In this document: in pieces, positions 1 to 9,258 of the stretch
Layout: every line of letters begins with the position of its first letter
Numbering within the stretch: position 1 is the first letter of the stretch
NCBI RefSeq assembly: GCF_000023965.1
Contig: NC_013202.1
Span: forward strand, 780,001 to 812,000
Length of the DNA stretch: 32,000 nt
Source: Halomicrobium mukohataei DSM 12286
GTDB taxonomy: Archaea; Halobacteriota; Halobacteria; Halobacteriales; Haloarculaceae
Direction: 5' to 3'
The notes under the pieces: generated by a model
The model's input: only the letters and a program-made list of their open reading frames with translations
Databases searched by the model: none
What the model was told of the DNA's origin: nothing
Translations under genes and position numbers: made by a program

Positions 1-386
1 GGGTCGTGTGAGAGGAACGGGATCTTATCACGGATGAAGTACTCACCCAAACCAAAGGCGGCGAGGACAGCGAGAACGTGGCCGTGGAGGATCGGAAGAG
101 AGTACAGAGCAATAAATGACTCCATACCCCCCCTGTCGACGTATGCGGCCCAGGTCAGAAATCCACTGATCACCACCGGTAGCACGATCCGATAGCGAAC
201 CAACAGATATGCTGGAACGGCACCCAATGCAAAGTGTCCCAGCCTCACGATCGGCGTGAACAGCCCCAGATCGGCGAGTTCGAGTGGATCGATCTGCCAT
301 CTCGCGAAGAGGAGAAAGGCGACGTTTGCGATCCCGAACACCGCGCTCAAGATGACGTACGAATCGATGTGGAATGTATCTCTCAT
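1..386 (-). CDS. Multi-pass membrane protein, 3' end cut by window edge; paralog of 403..834
   Basis: Absent from the ORF track because it runs off the left edge. Hand translation from ATG 386..384 gives MRDTFHIDSYVILSAVFGIANVAFLLFARWQIDP...GEYFIRDKIPFLSHD. It aligns along its length with the 403..834 product (shared NVAFLL, GAVPxYLLVRYRIV, ISGFLTW, VDRGxME, SHDP). Confidence 0.6.
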   Translation of the reverse strand, partial: MRDTFHIDSYVILSAVFGIANVAFLLFARWQIDPLELADLGLFTPIVRLGHFALGAVPAYLLVRYRIVLPVVISGFLTWAAYVDRGGMESFIALYSLPILHGHVLAVLAAFGLGEYFIRDKIPFLSHD

Positions 387-402
387 ACTCTGATCGTTTG
401 TC

Positions 403-834
403 CTACAGTATCGGGTCGTGAGAGACGTACGGGACCTGATCGCGGACGAGATATTCCGCGAAGCCGACGACGACGAGCACGCCGAGGCTGTACGCGTGGA
501 CGATCGGGTTCGAGTACAGTACGATGAACGGTTCCATACTTCCGCGGTCGACGAACGCGTACCACGTCAGGAACCCGCTGATCGGTAACGGTGACACAAT
601 CCGATAGCGCACCAGCAGGTACCCGGGCACTGCGCCCAGGAGGAACGGGCCGAGAAACACGATCGGTGCCGTGAGGACGAGGACGACGCCTCCATCAGAG
701 AACATCTGCGGGTCGATGTTCCAGTGTGCGTAGAGGAGGAACGCGACGTTAACCGCACCGAGGAATCCACCGACAATTGTGTACTTGTTCACCTGCAGTG
801 TTTCTTCAAAAACCCCACCCATTTTCTCACTCAT
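403..834 (-). CDS. Multi-pass membrane protein of unknown function (tandem paralog)
   Basis: 143-aa ORF with several hydrophobic segments and high-GC codon usage. Sits 16 nt upstream of its paralog at 1..386. Confidence 0.7.
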   Translation of the reverse strand: MSEKMGGVFEETLQVNKYTIVGGFLGAVNVAFLLYAHWNIDPQMFSDGGVVLVLTAPIVFLGPFLLGAVPGYLLVRYRIVSPLPISGFLTWYAFVDRGSMEPFIVLYSNPIVHAYSLGVLVVVGFAEYLVRDQVPYVSHDPIL

Positions 835-922
835 ACATTAGTTTTAATATTTATTTGATTATTAATAGTGCGATACAATCGGGTCGTATTCACCCGTTCG
901 AAATATACTCTCACACTGTAAA

Positions 923-1915
923 TCAATCATCGTCAAAATATTTCCAATTTCCGTTGTGCGATCCGAATCGTTCCGATGTGGCGGTATTACCAACCGAGAT
1001 AGTTTCCGAATTAATCCCCGATTCCTGAGACCAGAAATCAGATACCTTATCTCTCGCAGCGTCTATTTTCCAGTTGATGTTCTCGTTATCTCGCAGGTGA
1101 CCATGTGTACAGGGGTCTTGATGCGACTGTCCAACCGCAGTGATACCATCTGCAGGAACGTCATACAGTCTAATGTGCCACTGCTTCGTTTCGGCATCAC
1201 AGAAAATATCGGAGATCCACTTCATAATGTGCTTGTCAGTTTCTTTAGTCCCACCGTTGGGAAGGTTGACCGTCTTCGGGACACGCATCCACGGGAGCAT
1301 CGTGACCGGCCCGGGTAGCCAGGCTCTTCCAACGCTTGCATTTTCCATATTTTGCTTAATACTTTGAGAATCCTCCGCTTCCCAGGCAAGGTTCAACGGT
1401 GAACTGCGACTCTGCTGGTCGCTATCGGCGTCGGGATCGTAGTGATACAGCGGGACGTTTCCGTCAATTTCTGCCTGGTCCTGCAGTTCGATCTCTTCGC
1501 TCTGTTGTTCTCTGATGCGTTCCTCCGCGTGCCGGTTTTCTGCCTCTGTTCCGATGACTTTCTTGGTCTGGAAGGTGTAGGTCGTCTTCCGTCGCTCTCG
1601 TACCGCCTCGGGAACACGCTCCTTCGAGAGGACCTGATCCATGTATCTGAAGATCGGATCCCCGTACCGCTCGGCCAGATCCACGCTCTCGAACTTCCGT
1701 TCCAGAATGTAGCGGTCTTCGTGACTCGGATCAGGACGATAGTGAGAGACGAGTCTCCCGTCCGCGTACACGGGTAACTGTTCGTCGTTACCTGGCCCCC
1801 CGGTACCGAGCGGTTGCACTGTACTGTCCGACGAACGGTCGGCGGTTGCGCTCTGTACCGCACCGAGTAGCGATGTGGAGGCGATGCCCTTGAGGAATTT
1901 TCTTCGTTTCGTCAT
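923..1915 (-). CDS. Tat-signal secreted protein of unknown function, in a low-GC islet
   Basis: 330-aa ORF. The N-terminus MTKRRKFLKGIASTSLLGAVQSATA has a twin-arginine motif plus a hydrophobic region. GC is visibly lower than in neighbours, and AT-rich spacers lie on both sides. Confidence 0.75.
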   Translation of the reverse strand: MTKRRKFLKGIASTSLLGAVQSATADRSSDSTVQPLGTGGPGNDEQLPVYADGRLVSHYRPDPSHEDRYILERKFESVDLAERYGDPIFRYMDQVLSKERVPEAVRERRKTTYTFQTKKVIGTEAENRHAEERIREQQSEEIELQDQAEIDGNVPLYHYDPDADSDQQSRSSPLNLAWEAEDSQSIKQNMENASVGRAWLPGPVTMLPWMRVPKTVNLPNGGTKETDKHIMKWISDIFCDAETKQWHIRLYDVPADGITAVGQSHQDPCTHGHLRDNENINWKIDAARDKVSDFWSQESGINSETISVGNTATSERFGSHNGNWKYFDDD

Positions 1916-2135
1916 TGCAAGCAGATTTTGGTTTAGAGCACAGTCAAAAAAAAACCTATTATCTCTATTTGATTTTCAACGAAGTGGTTTGTAGGCAATG
2001 TAGAGGTTGATATAAAAGATAACGAAGATCTGGAATTGAGACCGGGAGAGTCGGCAGAAATGGCAGAAAGTGTCTGAAACCGTTTTTGACGATATCGTTA
2101 ACCGAAGCGCCGGCCAGCGAAAGACGCCGTCCGAG

Positions 2136-2855
2136 TCAGTCCCGAAAGTTCTCGGGAACCTGGATGCTGTAGCGGCCGTCCTCTTGGAGTGCGACGATGT
2201 ACTCCTCGCGGTCGTACAGCTCCATCAGGTTCAGCTCGTACTGACCGGGTTCGAGCACTTTGATGCTCTCGAACTGGTCGTTGAGCTCCTCGCGGAGTTC
2301 TTCCAGCCCCGGTCGGTCCGCGCGGGGTTTCCGGTCGGCAGTTGGCTCGGCGTCGTCCTCGGCGGCGTCGGCCGAGACACGATCGGCCGGGGCTGACTCG
2401 GAGCGCTCCGTCTGGGCGGGGCGAGCCGACGCGGGATCGTCGGTCTGGACCGGCTGAAAGTGATGCTCACCGTCGTCTGACGGTTCCGCAGGGAGTTCGT
2501 CGACGGAGACCACGTCCGTGCGGGCGCTGGCCTGGGCGGTGTCTTCGGGACTGGGGCGAGGGTCCCCACGGTCGGGACCCGTCGTGTCGGGACCGTCGCT
2601 TCGGGTCGGCGACTCCCCGGCGGTGGCACTCCCCATCAGGTCCTTGACGGTCGCAGCGGTCTTGCCGACGGTCTGGGCGACCGACGATCCGCCGGACGGT
2701 TCCGGTGGATCTGGCGGTTCCGCCGCGGTGTCGACAGAGTCGGCACCGGCGGGTTTGAACTGGAACTTGTTGCCGCCACAGTCCGGACAGCCCGACAGCA
2801 TCTCCTTGGAGCCGTCCGAGAACGTGCGGTCGCAGTTCGTACACTGGTGTGGCAT
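2136..2855 (-). CDS. oapC: Origin-associated zinc-ribbon protein OapC
   Basis: N-terminus MPHQCTNCDRTF...SGCPDCGG carries CxxC...CxxC. It is followed by a long acidic, P/S/D-rich low-complexity region and a conserved C-terminal domain. Last gene of the three-gene cluster beside orc1. Its start overlaps the oapB stop (TAATG at 2853..2857). Confidence 0.8.
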   Translation of the reverse strand: MPHQCTNCDRTFSDGSKEMLSGCPDCGGNKFQFKPAGADSVDTAAEPPDPPEPSGGSSVAQTVGKTAATVKDLMGSATAGESPTRSDGPDTTGPDRGDPRPSPEDTAQASARTDVVSVDELPAEPSDDGEHHFQPVQTDDPASARPAQTERSESAPADRVSADAAEDDAEPTADRKPRADRPGLEELREELNDQFESIKVLEPGQYELNLMELYDREEYIVALQEDGRYSIQVPENFRD

Positions 2856-3235
2856 TATTTCCGGGTGACGAGGGCACTGATGACGTTTTCGTCCTTGTGA
2901 AGCGTCTCGATCTGGTTGGCCGGCCCGATCACGGTGAGTTTCTTCGTCGACTGGGTGCCCATGAGTCGGTCGAGGAAGCTCGTGTCGGACGTCTCCGAGC
3001 GCGGATAGGTCTCGATCTCGATGCCGTTGAACTCGTCGGGACTGATCTCGGTCATCGTCACTTCGATCAACCGCGATTCCTCGTCCGGGGACAGCCCCTC
3101 TTCGAGGACGACGATCTTGCCGTCGCGGACGCCGTCGAGGATGTTCCTGATCTTCTCCATGGAGGTCAGTCCGTCCATCTGTTCGCCGCTGATCAGGTCG
3201 ATCTGCACGCCGTCCTGTGGTTTTGCTTCAGCCAT
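2855..3235 (-). CDS. oapB: Origin-associated protein OapB (DUF2073-like)
   Basis: 126-aa acidic ORF lying 6 nt downstream of the GTPase gene. Position and size match the haloarchaeal oapABC cluster. Confidence 0.75.
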   Translation of the reverse strand: MAEAKPQDGVQIDLISGEQMDGLTSMEKIRNILDGVRDGKIVVLEEGLSPDEESRLIEVTMTEISPDEFNGIEIETYPRSETSDTSFLDRLMGTQSTKKLTVIGPANQIETLHKDENVISALVTRK

Positions 3236-3241
3236 CCACGA

Positions 3242-3883
3242 TCACCCGAAGTACTCCGCGATCTTGTCGTACACTTCGTCCATGTTGTCTCCTTCCAGGG
3301 CCGACAGCGGAATCGTCTCGTGTTGTGGGAACGCGTTGCGGATCCGCTGGACCGACGACTCTTCGAGGTCCGTCTTGTTCGCCAGAATCAGAACCGGCAG
3401 GTCCTGACTCTCGATGATCCCGATCAGCATGGTGTTGACCTGCGTGAACGGATCCGTCGAGGAGTCGAGCACGTAGATGACGCCGTCTACGTCCTCGCGG
3501 AGCCAGTGCATCGCCTCCGCGACCCCCTCGGTGGCCTCCCGCGAGCGACGCACGGCGTCGTCTTTCTCCATGTCGTGATCGAGGAACTCCTCGTAGTCGA
3601 CCTTCGTCGTCACGCCCGGCGTGTCGACGATGTCGATGTTGACCGTCGCGCCGTTGCGCTCGATCTCGATGTCCTCTTTCCGGCGCGCGCGCCTCGTTTC
3701 GTGTGGAATGTGACTCTCGGGGCCGACGGCGTCACCGGTCCAGTCACGGGCGATTCGGTTGGCCAGGGTCGTCTTCCCAGCGTTCGGTGGGCCGTAGATA
3801 CCGATACGCTTGGGGTTCTCTTCCGAGAACAGCGTCGATGCCGCGCGTGAAATACTGTCTTTGAGATCTGTGAGCAGTCCCAT
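3242..3883 (-). CDS. oapA: Origin-associated GTP-binding protein OapA
   Basis: GTPase motifs G1 GPPNAGKTT, G3 DTPG, G4 NKTD and G5 SAL. Transcribed divergently from orc1 across the origin. Confidence 0.9.
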   Translation of the reverse strand: MGLLTDLKDSISRAASTLFSEENPKRIGIYGPPNAGKTTLANRIARDWTGDAVGPESHIPHETRRARRKEDIEIERNGATVNIDIVDTPGVTTKVDYEEFLDHDMEKDDAVRRSREATEGVAEAMHWLREDVDGVIYVLDSSTDPFTQVNTMLIGIIESQDLPVLILANKTDLEESSVQRIRNAFPQHETIPLSALEGDNMDEVYDKIAEYFG

Positions 3884-4144
3884 CCTCGTTCCTCCCGCCC
3901 GAACGTCCGTATTCGGGGGCTTGAGCGTAGTAGAAAGGCGAATTCACTTAAGGCTACGTCAGACAACCATACCCGAATTGATAGTACGTCGAAAGATACA
4001 GCGCGGAAACCTGTCGAGAAAACGCGACGGGGACGAGATAGGAAAGTTGCGGGACGATAAGTCAGCCTGGCGGGACGGTAAGCCAACCCGAGGGAGGAGT
4101 GGAGAACGGTAACAATCTGGGAGGGACTTCGAGGGGGAGCACAA

Positions 4145-4175
4145 CACCCCCACCCCTTCGTTTCGACTGGAACGC
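4145..4175 (-). repeat. ORB element with G-string (leftward orientation)
   Basis: Plus strand reads cacccccaccccttcgtttcgactggaacgc. Its reverse complement gcgttccagtcgaaacgaaggggtgggggtg nearly matches 4431..4461. Confidence 0.85.
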
Positions 4176-4242
4176 CATAACCCCTCGTGGGGACCAGCGG
4201 GAGAGACGGGACTCGCGCGGGAAACCTACGGGTGGTTCGCGC

Positions 4243-4263
4243 GGGAGGTTTCGTCTGGAACGC
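4243..4263 (-). repeat. ORB-like element with degenerate G-string
   Basis: gggaggtttcgtctggaacgc shares the gtttcgNctggaacgc core with 4145..4175. Confidence 0.6.
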
Positions 4264-4409
4264 TACTAGAGAGACGTGAGAACGTGTAGAACAGCGTCTA
4301 GAATACTAGATACGACTAATTACTTGTCTCTGCTTCTAGTGCGGCTTTGGTTTTCACGTATCATACATAAGTCTTCCCTCATCTAGTGAGACCTCGACAG
4401 ACTGCCGTA
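4264..4409. other. Candidate duplex unwinding element (AT-rich core of the origin)
   Basis: The most AT-rich stretch of the intergenic region, rich in ctag/tctaga motifs, lying between oppositely oriented ORBs. Confidence 0.6.
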
Positions 4410-4430
4410 CCCCCCACCACCCTCTTCAAC

Positions 4431-4461
4431 GCGTTCCACCCGAAACGAAGGGGTGGGGGGG
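4431..4461 (+). repeat. ORB element with G-string (rightward orientation)
   Basis: gcgttccacccgaaacgaaggggtggggggg is the inverted partner of 4145..4175. A complementary C-string ccccccacc at 4410..4418 pairs with ggtgggggg at 4452..4460. Confidence 0.85.
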
Positions 4462-4913
4462 TTCGTGAACTCCCTTCCGAAATCCCACTCGAAGCTGTTC
4501 GTCTCCTGCTAGCACCTCTCTCACGTCGACTCTCGAATACACCCGACAGTACAGACCCCCGTCCGTTTCTGGTCCGCCCGCTCCCGCCCGCCGACCGTTC
4601 TCACTGTCGACACTCTCCTCACTGTCGAGTGTGAATTCGTCACGAACGTCTCCGTCTCGGGGGAATGCCTGCAGGACCGGACAGCTATCCACATCTCGAA
4701 GGTACGGTGAAGCTGCGGTCAGTAACGACAGAGACACGAATCGGGGACCCGACGTAGGGCTGGATCGACAGGAGTCTCCGTTCCGACCGAAATGTTTAAT
4801 ATCGAGTCACCCACGGGTTCTTGTGGTTCAACTGGACTCGCGCCGTTCGGTGAAATTCGCGTACAACGTCTTTCCGAGCGGTCTCAGTCGCGATTCCACA
4901 CTGCGCACCGGTC

Positions 4914-4937
4914 TTTCCACCTGAAACGAGGGGGTTG
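4914..4937 (+). repeat. ORB element just upstream of the orc1 start
   Basis: tttccacctgaaacgagggggttg has the same ttccacNNgaaacgaggggg core and ends 12 nt before the orc1 ATG. Confidence 0.7.
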
Positions 4938-4948
4938 TCACCACGACT

Positions 4949-6499
4949 ATGGACGAGACAGGAAACGACGCCGACCCGAACACGCCGGATCGAGAGTCCT
5001 CAGAGGAGACCGACGACGACCAGCCCGACCGCGACAACTTCGGGACGGATCTCGACGACGTGGTGCTGGACGACATCGACACGGGTGAGGACGGGGCCAC
5101 TGACGAGGCGTCCCGTGGCCTCTTCGACGACCTTCTCAGCGGCGAGCCGATCTTCGAGAACAAGGAAGTTCTCCGTCCCTCGTACACACCACACAAGCTC
5201 CCACACCGGGAAGAGCAGATCAACAACATCGCGACGATCCTCGTCTCCGCTCTCCGTGGAGACACGCCCTCGAACATCCTCATTTACGGGAAGACGGGGA
5301 CCGGAAAGACTGCCAGTGCCAAGTTCGTCAGCGAGGAACTGGAGACGACCTCACAGAAGTACGAAGTCCCCTGTATGGTCGAGTACATCAACTGCGAGGT
5401 GACCGACACGCAGTATCGCGTCCTCGCACAGCTCGCCAACAAGTTCATCGAGCAGAACCGGACGTACATCGGCGATCGCATCGAGGAACTCGATACGCTT
5501 CGCGAACGCGCGACCTCGAACCCGGACGGGGACCTACTCGCCGAGACCGACTTCGCGACCGTCGACGAGATCGACGCCGAAATCGAACGGCTCGAAGCCG
5601 ATCGCGCGGAGTTCGAGGAAGTGCCGATGACCGGGTGGCCGACCGATCGGGTGTACAGCTCGTTTTTCGACGCCGTCGACTACCACGAACGCGTCGTCGT
5701 CATCATGCTCGACGAAATCGACAAGCTCGTCGAGAAGTCGGGCGACGACACGCTGTACAACCTCTCGCGGATGAACTCCGAGCTCGAACGCTCGCGGGTG
5801 TCGATCATGGGCATCTCGAACGACCTGAAGTTCACCGACTTCCTCGATCCCCGCGTCAAGTCCAGCCTCGGCGAGGAAGAGATCGTCTTCCCGCCCTACG
5901 ACGCCACGCAGCTCCGGGATATCCTCGATCACCGCTCCGACGTGGCGTTCAAGTCCGACGCACTGACTGACGACGTGATTCCGCTCTGTGCCGCCTTCGC
6001 GGCCCAGGAACACGGCGACGCTCGGCGAGCGCTCGACCTGCTCCGGACGGCCGGCGAACTCGCGGAACGGGACCAGACCGACTGCGTCGAGGAAGACCAC
6101 GTCCGACAGGCCCAGGAGAAGATCGAACTCGACCGGGTCGTCGAGGTGGTGCGGACGCTGCCGACCCAGAGCAAGATCGTCCTCTTCGCGATCATCCTCC
6201 TGGAGAAAAACGGCGTCCACAACATCAACACCGGGGAAGTGTTCAACATCTACAAACGGCTCTGCGAGGAGATCGACGCCGACGTGTTGACTCAACGTCG
6301 CGTCACCGATCTCATCAGCGAACTCGACATGCTGGGGATCGTCAACGCCGTCGTCGTCTCGAAAGGGCGCTACGGCCGGACCAAAGAGATCAGCCTCTCG
6401 GTCCCCATCGACGAGACCGAGGCCGTCCTGCTGTCGGACTCCCGGCTCGGTGACATCGAGGACGTGCAACCGTTCGTTCAGGCCCGGTTCGACAACTGA
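4949..6499 (+). CDS. orc1: Orc1/Cdc6 replication initiator
   Basis: AAA+ Walker A YGKTGTGKT, Walker B VIMLDEID, sensor region, and a C-terminal winged-helix-like domain. The acidic N-terminal extension is typical of haloarchaea. Origin-adjacent. Confidence 0.95.
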   Translation: MDETGNDADPNTPDRESSEETDDDQPDRDNFGTDLDDVVLDDIDTGEDGATDEASRGLFDDLLSGEPIFENKEVLRPSYTPHKLPHREEQINNIATILVSALRGDTPSNILIYGKTGTGKTASAKFVSEELETTSQKYEVPCMVEYINCEVTDTQYRVLAQLANKFIEQNRTYIGDRIEELDTLRERATSNPDGDLLAETDFATVDEIDAEIERLEADRAEFEEVPMTGWPTDRVYSSFFDAVDYHERVVVIMLDEIDKLVEKSGDDTLYNLSRMNSELERSRVSIMGISNDLKFTDFLDPRVKSSLGEEEIVFPPYDATQLRDILDHRSDVAFKSDALTDDVIPLCAAFAAQEHGDARRALDLLRTAGELAERDQTDCVEEDHVRQAQEKIELDRVVEVVRTLPTQSKIVLFAIILLEKNGVHNINTGEVFNIYKRLCEEIDADVLTQRRVTDLISELDMLGIVNAVVVSKGRYGRTKEISLSVPIDETEAVLLSDSRLGDIEDVQPFVQARFDN

Positions 6500-6616
6500 C
6501 CGATCGGCAGGCTCGCTCGACTCGAAACGAAGGGATATCGTGCCGCTCGACACGCTCGTTCGCCCCTCTCTCTCTACAGGCGCGAGAACACCGCCGACTC
6601 GCTCGTCTCCCGACGA

Positions 6617-7264
6617 TCAGGCCAGCGCTCGCTGGAGTTGGAGCCGGATGTTGCCCAGTAGTGGCACTCTCGTCTCGGCGGTCCCGACGACCCAGGACTT
6701 TCGGACCGGATCGCAGGCACCGGGGCCACAGCTCGGCAGCCCGTTGACCTGGTCGTAGCCGGCGTTGTTGTCACCTTTCGTCACGAAGCCGGCCGAGTCG
6801 GCCGGGCAGTTGCGCAGTTCCTCGCAGCTGTCGGCGTTGATGTAGGCGGGATCCGCCTTGTCGTACCAGTTTTCGCTCTCGTTGACCCAGAACATCGCTC
6901 GGTGGATCACTGGTGTGGACGCTCCGTCGCCGTCGGGCTGGAAGACGATCACGTCGCCGTCGTTCTGGAACGACCTGTAGCCGGTGTCAGCGCCGCGATT
7001 TGCGGGCACGACGCCGGTGTCGGCGTAGGCTCCCTCACCGGCGAAGCGGTCTTCGTCCATGACGAAGACGAGGTCGCCGGTGTCGATGTGTGGTTCCATG
7101 CTACCGGACTCGATCGCGACCAGCGGCGGCCACACGCCGCTGATCGCGAACAGCAACAGTCCGACTGCGACGACTGCGCCGGCACTGCTGACGAGATCGA
7201 ACAGGTAGACGAGCCCGCCCGGTTGGTCGTCGTCGGGCGGGTTCGGACCGCGTGGCTCGCTCAT
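6617..7264 (-). CDS. sec11: Signal peptidase I, archaeal Sec11/S26B type
   Basis: N-terminal TM anchor followed by the catalytic-serine box SGSMEP, and later a GDNN motif. Confidence 0.85.
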   Translation of the reverse strand: MSEPRGPNPPDDDQPGGLVYLFDLVSSAGAVVAVGLLLFAISGVWPPLVAIESGSMEPHIDTGDLVFVMDEDRFAGEGAYADTGVVPANRGADTGYRSFQNDGDVIVFQPDGDGASTPVIHRAMFWVNESENWYDKADPAYINADSCEELRNCPADSAGFVTKGDNNAGYDQVNGLPSCGPGACDPVRKSWVVGTAETRVPLLGNIRLQLQRALA

Positions 7265-7348
7265 CGTCGTAGAGTGCGTGGAAACGACGTATCAACCTTC
7301 TGTCTCGGAGTTCGCTAGCCTTTTCTCGACTGGTGTCTAGCTATCTGT

Positions 7349-8932
7349 GTGCCCCTGGAGACGCCGGCCCGACTCGTGAGCGAACTCGCCAGCCGTGGCT
7401 ACAACGCCGAACGCGAGGCGGTGACGCTGCTCGCCGACGCCTCCGATCCGAATGTCGCCCTCGACCGTGCACTGGAAACGATTCCCGAGGACACGCTCGT
7501 CCTCTCGGCCGATCACGTTCGAACGGCCCTGGAGAGCGAGCACGACGCCGACGGTGGCCGATCCGGGAACGAGACGCGTCCGGCCGACACGACGAACCCG
7601 GCAGACACGGACCCCTCTGTTTCGACTGGAACTGGCCCCACCTCGTCGACCGATTCCGGCGGGTCGACTCCAGTCGAAACGGAGGGGTCTTCGACGGCTC
7701 GCTCGGTCCGCTCGTCCGATCCCGACCAGCGATCGATCGAGGTCCACAACGACATGACCGGTCAGTCGACCGGAACGGGCGAGTACTCGGATTTCGTCTC
7801 CGTCTTCCGGGACCGCTACGAGAAGCTCTCGAAGCAACTACGCGGGCGCGTGAACCACCGTCCCACGAACGCGCTCGAACGGATGAGCGGCGGCGAGGAA
7901 GCAGCCATCGTCGGGATGGTCTCGGATATCCGCTCGACGGCCAGCGGTCACTGGCTGATCGAACTCGAAGACACCAACGGCACGTTCCCGTGTCTGGTGA
8001 TGAAAGACCGCGCCATCGCCGACCTCGTGCAGGAACTGCTGTACGACGAGGTGATCGCCGTCGACGGGACGCTGGCCGACGACGGCGGGATTCTCTTCGT
8101 CGACTCGCTGCACTTCCCCGATATCCCTCGGACTCACGACCCCTCGACGGCCGACCGGCCGGTTCAGGCGGCGCTGATCTCAGACGTCCACGTCGGCAGC
8201 CAGGAGTTCATGGCCGACGCCTGGCACCGCTTTGCAGACTGGCTCCACACCGAAGAAGCCGCCAACGTCGAGTACCTGCTGTTGGCCGGCGACATGGTCG
8301 AGGGGGTCGGCGTCTATCCCGACCAGGACGATGAACTCGACGTGGTCGACATCTACGAGCAGTACGAGCGCTTCAGCGAGTACCTCAAGGAGATCCCCGG
8401 CGACATCGAGATCCGGATGATTCCCGGCAACCACGACGCCGTCCGCCTCGCCGAGCCCCAGCCGGCCTTCGACGAGGAGCTTCGGGACATCATGACGGCC
8501 CACGACGCCCAGGTCCACTCGAACCCCGCTCTCGTGACGATCGAGGGCGTCACGGTCCTCATGTACCACGGCGTTTCGCTGGACGAGGTCATCGCCGAGT
8601 TGCCCGACGAGAAGGCCAGCTACGACGAGCCACACAAGGCGATGTACCAGCTCCTGAAAAAGCGCCACGTCGCGCCCCAGTACGGCGGTCACACGCGTCT
8701 GGCTCCGGAAGACCGGGACTACCTCGTCATGGAGGAAGTGCCGGACGTGTTCCACACCGGCCACGTCCACAAGCTCGGGTGGGGGAAGTACCACAACGTG
8801 CTGGCGATCAACTCCGGGTGCTGGCAGGCCCAGACCGACTTCCAGAAGAGCGTCAACATCGATCCCGACGCCGGGTTCGCGCCGATTCTGGATCTCGACA
8901 CGCTGGACATGACCGTCCGGAAATTCGTGTGA
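7349..8932 (+). CDS. polD1: DNA polymerase II (PolD) small subunit DP1
   Basis: Calcineurin-like phosphoesterase motifs ISDVHVGS, GDMV, GNHD and GHVH, an OB-fold-like middle region, and an N-terminal PolD small-subunit domain followed by a low-complexity linker. GTG start as given in the track. Confidence 0.9.
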   Translation: MPLETPARLVSELASRGYNAEREAVTLLADASDPNVALDRALETIPEDTLVLSADHVRTALESEHDADGGRSGNETRPADTTNPADTDPSVSTGTGPTSSTDSGGSTPVETEGSSTARSVRSSDPDQRSIEVHNDMTGQSTGTGEYSDFVSVFRDRYEKLSKQLRGRVNHRPTNALERMSGGEEAAIVGMVSDIRSTASGHWLIELEDTNGTFPCLVMKDRAIADLVQELLYDEVIAVDGTLADDGGILFVDSLHFPDIPRTHDPSTADRPVQAALISDVHVGSQEFMADAWHRFADWLHTEEAANVEYLLLAGDMVEGVGVYPDQDDELDVVDIYEQYERFSEYLKEIPGDIEIRMIPGNHDAVRLAEPQPAFDEELRDIMTAHDAQVHSNPALVTIEGVTVLMYHGVSLDEVIAELPDEKASYDEPHKAMYQLLKKRHVAPQYGGHTRLAPEDRDYLVMEEVPDVFHTGHVHKLGWGKYHNVLAINSGCWQAQTDFQKSVNIDPDAGFAPILDLDTLDMTVRKFV

Positions 8933-8985
8933 CGATCACACTGTTCGACCGTGCCAATTATTTTGTTGTCACACGAACTGAGTGT

Positions 8986-9258
8986 ATGTTCGAACTGACG
9001 GCCCTTCGGGAACACAGAGCGGTAAAGCTGATCGCCGTACTCGTGATGGCCGTCCTCGTATCTGCGTACTTCCCGTATCTGGTGCCCGCGATCGGGGTCG
9101 CGTTACTGTACCTCGGCATCTCGTGGTATCGAATGGGGGGACCTGCGAGAAAGGGAGTCGGTTTCACCCTCGCCGCTGGTGGTGCGGTCCTGCTAGCAGT
9201 GTCTCCGGTCGTCTACGCTGGACTCGTGCGACAGCCGGGATTCGAAATGGTTCGGTAG
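8986..9258 (+). CDS. Small membrane protein (90 aa)
   Basis: Internal ATG of ORF 8779..9258, since the upstream part overlaps polD1 in another frame. MFELTALREHRAVKLIAVLVMAVLVSAYFPYLVPAIGVALLYLG... has 3 hydrophobic segments. Confidence 0.5.
   Translation: MFELTALREHRAVKLIAVLVMAVLVSAYFPYLVPAIGVALLYLGISWYRMGGPARKGVGFTLAAGGAVLLAVSPVVYAGLVRQPGFEMVR

Larger units (their letters stand above)
3884..4948. other. oriC1-type chromosomal replication origin (oapA-orc1 intergenic region)
   Basis: 1 kb non-coding spacer next to orc1/cdc6. It contains inverted ORB elements with G-strings on either side of an AT-rich stretch. Confidence 0.85.

Noticed and set aside
3959-4924. Several 64-103-aa ORFs inside the oapA-orc1 intergenic region
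   Set aside because: They lie across the ORB repeats and the AT-rich unwinding element, have no coding-like composition, and the region is better explained as the origin.
7333-8334. 333-aa R-rich ORF in an alternative frame at the start of polD1
   Set aside because: It overlaps the PolD small-subunit frame, which continues into clear phosphoesterase motifs. The product is arginine-rich nonsense.
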